The notes under the pieces: generated by a model
The model's input: only the letters and a program-made list of their open reading frames with translations
Databases searched by the model: none
What the model was told of the DNA's origin: nothing
DNA from: Blastocatellia bacterium
GTDB taxonomy: Bacteria; Acidobacteriota; Blastocatellia; UBA7656
Assembly (NCBI GenBank): GCA_041483295.1
Contig: JBGPFL010000001.1
Location: forward strand, 1-39,672
Direction: 5' to 3'
DNA: 39,672 nt
Shown here: positions 34,906 to 39,672 of the stretch, in pieces
How positions within the stretch are numbered: the stretch's first letter is position 1
Layout of the letters: every line of letters begins with the position of its first letter
Position numbers and translations under genes: made by a program

Positions 34906-34984
34906 AATAAGTGATCCGCGATGCGTGATACGTGATGCGTGGTCCCTGAAGCCTCCGGTCACGGATCGCGCATCACGGGTTTGG
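34906..34984 (-). promoter_or_regulatory. structured intergenic spacer (imperfect 18-nt inverted repeat) between the two permease genes
   Basis: GTGATCCGCGATGCGTGA (34911-34928) and TCACGGATCGCGCATCAC (34959-34976) can pair as 5+6+5 bp with two single mismatches. The loop contains GGAGG. Confidence 0.3.
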
Positions 34985-36136
34985 CTAGGCCACTCTGCGC
35001 AGGCCGTCGACGATCCGTACTCTGGCGGCGCTCCAGGCCGGGATGCCGCCGCTGCATAAGCCGATCAAGATTGACGCGCCCAAACTCAACGCGATGACAG
35101 TCGGACTGACCCTCAGGTTCTGCAAAAAGATCATGTCCCTTAGCGCCGAAGGCAAGGCCGAAGCTCCAAGCCTGGCTCCCAGCGTCCCCAGCACTCCGCC
35201 TATAAGCGCGATGAATACCGACTCTGACAGTATCAGGCCCAGGACTAACCCGGGCCTGAAGCCGAGGGCCTTCATCACCGCTACCTCAGTGAAACGCTCG
35301 CGCGCGGTCATCGCCATCGCGTTAGCGGCAATCAAGCTGATCGTGAAGACTACAACCAGACCGACGCTCGTTATCAGACCTTTCACATTTCCGAGCATCG
35401 AGACGAAGCTCGCTTGAAATGAAGCTTCAGTCTCGGTCTTGGTGGGGGCCGCAGAACTCTTGAACATAGCGTCGACCGCATCCATTACTCCAGGTGCGCT
35501 CGCAGGCGAATCGAGCTTTATTCTGAAAGTGCCAACCTCACCGGGCCTTCCCAGCGCTTCTTCGACGTATTCGCGGTGAAAGAAAAGGCCGCCCTCCGGC
35601 GCGTCGGCTGCCGTCGTGTAAGTACCCCGCAGTGTTAGTTGGGGATTGACGGGATGAAATGTGCCCTTCAGTTCGATCACATCGCCTATCTTCCACCCAT
35701 ACTTCGCCGCAAGCTTCCGCCCCGCGATCGCTGCAGTGCGCTCCTGCTGAAACGCCTGCTTCTCTGCAGGCGATATCTGATACTCGCTCTGCACATCGAA
35801 GAGTGTCTTCGCATCAACGTAGAACTGCGCGAAGTAGTACTGCGGCTTGTCTTCCTTGTACGTCCCGCCGAACCAGTTTGCCGGGCAGATGGCAACTACG
35901 CCCGGCACCTGGGCTATCTTTTCTCGGTACGACTCGGGCATCGCGTCGGCAAGCGAGTTCCGCCGCACGATCAGCCGCAACTCCGCTCCGGTCAACTCCG
36001 ATGCGGAACTGAATGAGTTCATAATTGCCTGCATAAAGGCCAGCAAGAAGATCGCAGCGGAGATGCTGAGGATTGTCAGTACGCTCCGCCGCTTGTTTCG
36101 GCCGGCGTTCTTAACTATGAGCCGCAGGTACTTCAT
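34985..36136 (-). CDS. ABC transporter permease, FtsX/MacB-type (second copy)
   Basis: [24 protein letters not shown], preceded by GGAGGAG. FtsX block [16 protein letters not shown]. The ORF track start at 36193 would overlap the ATPase by 83 nt, so ATG 36136 is preferred. Confidence 0.85.
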   Translation of the reverse strand: MKYLRLIVKNAGRNKRRSVLTILSISAAIFLLAFMQAIMNSFSSASELTGAELRLIVRRNSLADAMPESYREKIAQVPGVVAICPANWFGGTYKEDKPQYYFAQFYVDAKTLFDVQSEYQISPAEKQAFQQERTAAIAGRKLAAKYGWKIGDVIELKGTFHPVNPQLTLRGTYTTAADAPEGGLFFHREYVEEALGRPGEVGTFRIKLDSPASAPGVMDAVDAMFKSSAAPTKTETEASFQASFVSMLGNVKGLITSVGLVVVFTISLIAANAMAMTARERFTEVAVMKALGFRPGLVLGLILSESVFIALIGGVLGTLGARLGASALPSALRDMIFLQNLRVSPTVIALSLGASILIGLCSGGIPAWSAARVRIVDGLRRVA

Positions 36137-36824
36137 AGACTCCTCCTGTTCTGCTGAGCAGACCCTTGTCGAGATGGATGACAGAATGGGCATGGCCGGC
36201 AGCGCGCGGGTCGTGCGTGACCATTATGATGGTCTTTCGAAACTCAACGTTGAGCCGTTTGAGCAGGTCGAGTATCTCTTCGGCCGACTTCGCGTCCAGG
36301 TCTCCTGTCGGTTCGTCGGCGACAAGCAACGTCGGATCGGTAACGATTGCTCTCGCGATGGCGACACGCTGTTCCTGGCCGCCCGAAAGCTGGCGCGGAT
36401 AGTGCCCATCGCGATCGGACAGGCCGACCACCGACAACGCGGTCATAACGTGATCGCGTCGCTTCTTCTTTGACAAACTGGTCAGCAACAACGGCAGCTC
36501 TACGTTTTCAAAAGCCGTAAGCACGGGGATGAGATTGTAGAGCTGAAAAATGAACCCGACGTGGCGAGCCCGCCACTTGGCAATTTCCTTCTCGTTCAGG
36601 CCGGTGATGTTCTTGCCGTCGATCTCAATGCGGCCCGAGTTTGGCTTGTCTATTCCGGCAATGAGGTTCAGGAGCGTCGTCTTGCCGGAGCCCGACGGAC
36701 CCATCAATGCAAGGAACTCGCCGGTGCCAACATCGAGGTCGATGTTGTCGAGCACAGGTATATCGATCGCATCGCGGCGATAGTGCTTGGTGACCTTCGA
36801 TAGACTAATCAGCGTTTCTGCCAT
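36111..36824 (-). CDS. ABC transporter ATP-binding protein (MacB/LolD-like)
   Basis: Walker [13 protein letters not shown], signature [14 protein letters not shown], Walker [13 protein letters not shown]. Confidence 0.95.
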   Translation of the reverse strand: MAETLISLSKVTKHYRRDAIDIPVLDNIDLDVGTGEFLALMGPSGSGKTTLLNLIAGIDKPNSGRIEIDGKNITGLNEKEIAKWRARHVGFIFQLYNLIPVLTAFENVELPLLLTSLSKKKRRDHVMTALSVVGLSDRDGHYPRQLSGGQEQRVAIARAIVTDPTLLVADEPTGDLDAKSAEEILDLLKRLNVEFRKTIIMVTHDPRAAGHAHSVIHLDKGLLSRTGGVYEVPAAHS

Positions 36825-36929
36825 GCAAGCGTCTCCATTGTTTGGACCTGTACGGGGTAGCCCTTTTGGCCCCCCTTTTTCACGAATCCTAATGCCCTCT
36901 CGAACAGCAACAAATCATTGAGGAGGGCG

Positions 36930-38273
36930 TTACAAGTCAGAAGAACCTCCAGTCTTCACCTTTACGCGTGTGCCGTCGCTGAGGTTCTCGGCGCCTTTGA
37001 TAACCAGAGTCTCGCCGCCCGCCAGCCCCTGCTTTATCTCTATCCGATCGCCGAAATCGCCGCCGACCGTCACCGGCTGAGACCGCATTCGATCCCCGGT
37101 CAGCACGAGAACCGTGGTCTTCCCTTCCCTCTGTTGAATCGCCGATTTTGGGACCGTGACTCTCGCTGCCTGATGACTCGCGGCCTGAGGGTCCTTCTGA
37201 ATGAATGTTATCTTCGCAGACATATCGGGCAGTATTCTCGGATCGACCTTCTTGAATCGGACTTTGACTTTGACCGTGGCCTTCTGGCGGTCGGCCGTCG
37301 GGACGATCTTATAAGTCTCAGCCGGCAGCTTCTCATTGCCAAGCGCATCGAGCGTTACTTCGGCCGGGAGCCCCTTGGTTATCTTGGCGATGTACGATTC
37401 GTTGATGTCGGCTTCGACCTCGAGGGTCGCCGGATCGACGATAGTAACCACCGAACCGCGAGTCGAGGTCCCGCCGAAGATTGCGGGCGCGACGGTCTCG
37501 CCCACCTCCGCGTCTTTTGAGATCACAATACCATCGAATGGAGCGCGAATGTTGCAGTACTCGATCTGCGCCTGTATGACTCCGATGCGTGCCTCAGCGG
37601 ACCTTATTTGAGCGGTTGTTGAATCGATCTTGAACTGCCCGGCGCGGATGAGAGCCTCAGCCGCTCGGACGTTGGCTTCATCGACTCGCGCCTGAGCTGT
37701 TGCGTTATCGAGATCGGCTCTTGAGGCGACGCCGCCCTCTATCAGCCTGGTTTGTCTGGCGAGCTCGAGGCTGCTCTTCAGCCTGTTAGCTTGCGTTTGA
37801 GCCAGAGTCGCTCGCGCTTGCTCGAGTTCGGCCTCGGCCTGGCTCCTGGTCGCCTGCCAGTTGGTGAGTGAGCCTTTGGCGTCGGCCAACTGAGCATCCA
37901 GATCGCGATGTTCGAGCCGAGCAATGATCTGACCGCTTTTGACATTGCTTCCGGTATCAACGCCGAGGTATTCGAGCCGGCCTGAGATCTTGGGGCTAAC
38001 CGCTGCCTTACGATTTGCGACGACATATCCGGTTGCGGTATGAACTTCGAGCCCGCTGCTCCCCGACTCGATGGTAGCGCGGGCGACTTCAACCTCCGGC
38101 AGAGTCGCCGCGCTCCACATTCGATACGCGATCAGCAGACCGCCGACTACAACGACAAGAGCAGTTCCGAGCAGAACAACACGTAACCCGGTTTTCGGTT
38201 TCTCGTCATCGTCGCGGTCTATCCTGAGCGCAGACAGGTCAGGTTTTCGTACCTCTCTCAGCTTACTATCCAA
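36930..38273 (-). CDS. periplasmic adaptor (HlyD/MFP family, MacA-like)
   Basis: N-terminal TM anchor, a long coiled-coil region (AQLADAKGSL...QAEAELEQARATLAQTQ) and beta-barrel segments. TTG start preceded by AAGGGGA. Confidence 0.9.
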   Translation of the reverse strand: MDSKLREVRKPDLSALRIDRDDDEKPKTGLRVVLLGTALVVVVGGLLIAYRMWSAATLPEVEVARATIESGSSGLEVHTATGYVVANRKAAVSPKISGRLEYLGVDTGSNVKSGQIIARLEHRDLDAQLADAKGSLTNWQATRSQAEAELEQARATLAQTQANRLKSSLELARQTRLIEGGVASRADLDNATAQARVDEANVRAAEALIRAGQFKIDSTTAQIRSAEARIGVIQAQIEYCNIRAPFDGIVISKDAEVGETVAPAIFGGTSTRGSVVTIVDPATLEVEADINESYIAKITKGLPAEVTLDALGNEKLPAETYKIVPTADRQKATVKVKVRFKKVDPRILPDMSAKITFIQKDPQAASHQAARVTVPKSAIQQREGKTTVLVLTGDRMRSQPVTVGGDFGDRIEIKQGLAGGETLVIKGAENLSDGTRVKVKTGGSSDL

Positions 38274-38493
38274 CCAGGTCCCCTTCGATTAGTGAACTAT
38301 TATTCTAGCCATGTGCCTTCTTTTTCGCTTGCGCCTTATTGACATTCTATGACGAGATCGCGTCAGGCCCTTTCATCCCACTCTCGGCAGAAGCATCGAG
38401 GCAATATACCAAACAAAGAAGCACCACGCATCCTGCTTGATACGCTTAATCATGATCGTTATCAGACTCTTGACGCCGGTGGGAGGGGCCAGC

Positions 38494-39036
38494 TTAGCCC
38501 TTTTTCGTTTTGCTCCACGGGGGCCTAGACTTGACAACCCGCTTGTACACCGGACACTCCAAATCGTGCGCACCGGGAAGATACCCCGTGCTGATCAGGA
38601 ATTCGCCCGTTATCTCGCCCCCGGTAAACCTAAACGTCCTCCTGAACAGCTTCACCCACTCCTCTTTAGTAAGCGGATGCTGAGCGTCAAGCCACTCGGC
38701 AAATGAGCCGTGCGCTTCGCAAATCAACCTCAGCCGGCGCGCATTCTCAATCACCGCGTCGACCTTGAGCTCATTGCGAATGATCCCGGCGTCGCGCAAC
38801 AGACGCGAGCGCTCCTTACGACCATAACCTGCCACTCGATCTATGTCGAATCCCTCGAATGCTGTGCGGAAGTTCTCGCGCTTCTTGAGTATCGTCAGCC
38901 AGCTTAAGCCCGCCTGATTGATCTCAAGCGCCAGCCGCTCAAACAGCGCGGCATCGTCCCGAATCGGAAAGCCATACTCGTGGTCGTGATAAGGGCCATG
39001 ATAAGGGTGGCCCGGGGCAACTAAGCAGTAACTCAT
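38494..39036 (-). CDS. tag: DNA-3-methyladenine glycosylase I
   Basis: YHDHEYGFPIRDDAALFERLALEINQAGLSWLTILKKRENFRTAFEGFD is the Tag signature. ATG at 39036. Confidence 0.9.
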   Translation of the reverse strand: MSYCLVAPGHPYHGPYHDHEYGFPIRDDAALFERLALEINQAGLSWLTILKKRENFRTAFEGFDIDRVAGYGRKERSRLLRDAGIIRNELKVDAVIENARRLRLICEAHGSFAEWLDAQHPLTKEEWVKLFRRTFRFTGGEITGEFLISTGYLPGAHDLECPVYKRVVKSRPPWSKTKKG

Positions 39037-39170
39037 CAAAGACCTCGCTTATTGGAATAGAAAAGACCGATCCCACCTGCTCTTCGGCCAGTCTATCTTG
39101 TATGATAAGAGCGAATCATCCGCAACCCGTCAGAACGTGAATACCGGAGGGGCAGTCTTTCCTTTAAGCC

Positions 39171-39672
39171 ATGGTCCAGCGCGAATTTCCGGACGTCAAA
39201 TCGCTCGCCTCTGAGATTGCCGCGCGAATGCGCGCGCTGGCGAGCCTCAGCACCGCTGATGTGCGCGAGCTTCGCCGAGAGTTCTCAAAGCGAATCGCCA
39301 AGGCGCCCGCAAAGCAGGTGCTAGACCTCGCCCTCCTGCTCCTCAACCAGGGAGCCATCGAATATCGCTTTGTCGCCTACGAACTGGTCTGCCATCACCG
39401 CCCGACGCTTCAGAGCCTCGGCGCAAAGGAACTCGAGCAACTCGGCCGCGGCCTCGACAGTTGGGGGGCCGTCGATACATTCGCCAGTTATCTCTCCGGC
39501 CCGGCCTGGCGCGAACGTCAGGTGCCGGACTCGCTCATTCACCGATGGTCTCGCTCTCAGGATCGCTGGTGGCGGCGCGCGGCCCTGGTCAGCACCGTCC
39601 CCCTCAACAACAAGGCGCGCGGCGGCACTGGTGACTCCTCACGCACGCTCGACGTCTGCCGCAGGCTAGCCA
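39171..39672 (+). CDS. DNA alkylation repair protein (AlkD/AlkC-like HEAT-repeat family), 3' end cut by window edge
   Basis: Manual translation from ATG 39171 gives MVQREFPDVKSLASEIAARMRALASLSTADVRELRREFSKRIAKAP...YRFVAYELVCHH...WGAVDTFASYL...RWWRRAALVSTVPLN. It stays open to the window end and is not in the ORF track because there is no stop. Confidence 0.7.
   Translation, partial: MVQREFPDVKSLASEIAARMRALASLSTADVRELRREFSKRIAKAPAKQVLDLALLLLNQGAIEYRFVAYELVCHHRPTLQSLGAKELEQLGRGLDSWGAVDTFASYLSGPAWRERQVPDSLIHRWSRSQDRWWRRAALVSTVPLNNKARGGTGDSSRTLDVCRRLA

Noticed and set aside
1-39672. Possibility that the window or parts of it are a mobile genomic island
   Set aside because: There is no integrase, transposase, tRNA attachment site, flanking direct repeat or obvious compositional break that I could see. 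The TA/Fic corner is suggestive but not evidence.

Overview
A 39.7 kb stretch of a moderately GC-rich bacterial chromosome. By eye there is no rRNA, tRNA, CRISPR array, transposase or integrase. About 35 genes fall into six blocks. (1) 1-1991: a RES toxin / Xre-DUF2384 antitoxin pair, head-to-head with a class II Fic protein. (2) 2357-11028: a tightly packed plus-strand operon of 11 genes. It holds two small paralogous beta-barrel-like proteins, two LLM flavin monooxygenases, a SAM methyltransferase, three different 2OG/Fe(II)-oxygenase-superfamily proteins (TIGR02466-like, TauD/TfdA-like, PhyH-like), a DUF115/Maf-like protein and two GT-A-like transferases. A CelD-like acyltransferase (-) and a GT32-like glycosyltransferase (+) follow it. 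(3) 12983-16595 (-): a 737-aa protein with atypical (AceK-like) kinase motifs, a 97-aa protein with a ribbon-helix-helix-like head and a six-heptad SPKGxVG basic tail, and a GH43-like beta-propeller. (4) 16722-23258 (-): a 2178-aa secreted multicopper-oxidase-like giant carrying three inserted ~70-aa repeat modules. (5) 23615-33721 (+): a GH130-like propeller, a YVTN beta-propeller protein, a small outer-membrane-barrel candidate, a cupredoxin-like protein, a di-heme cytochrome c peroxidase, a cytochrome c'-like protein overlapping a hybrid sensor kinase (2 REC + HPt), and a stand-alone REC protein. (6) 33742-39672: a MacAB-like efflux set (two FtsX permeases, ATPase, periplasmic adaptor), then a divergent Tag / AlkD-like alkylation-repair pair. 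The best candidates for undescribed biology are the giant MCO with its divergent periplasmic redox/signalling neighbourhood, the oxygenase-rich tailoring operon, and the RHH-basic-tail / kinase-like pair. All functional calls come from motif recognition by eye. No database search was run.
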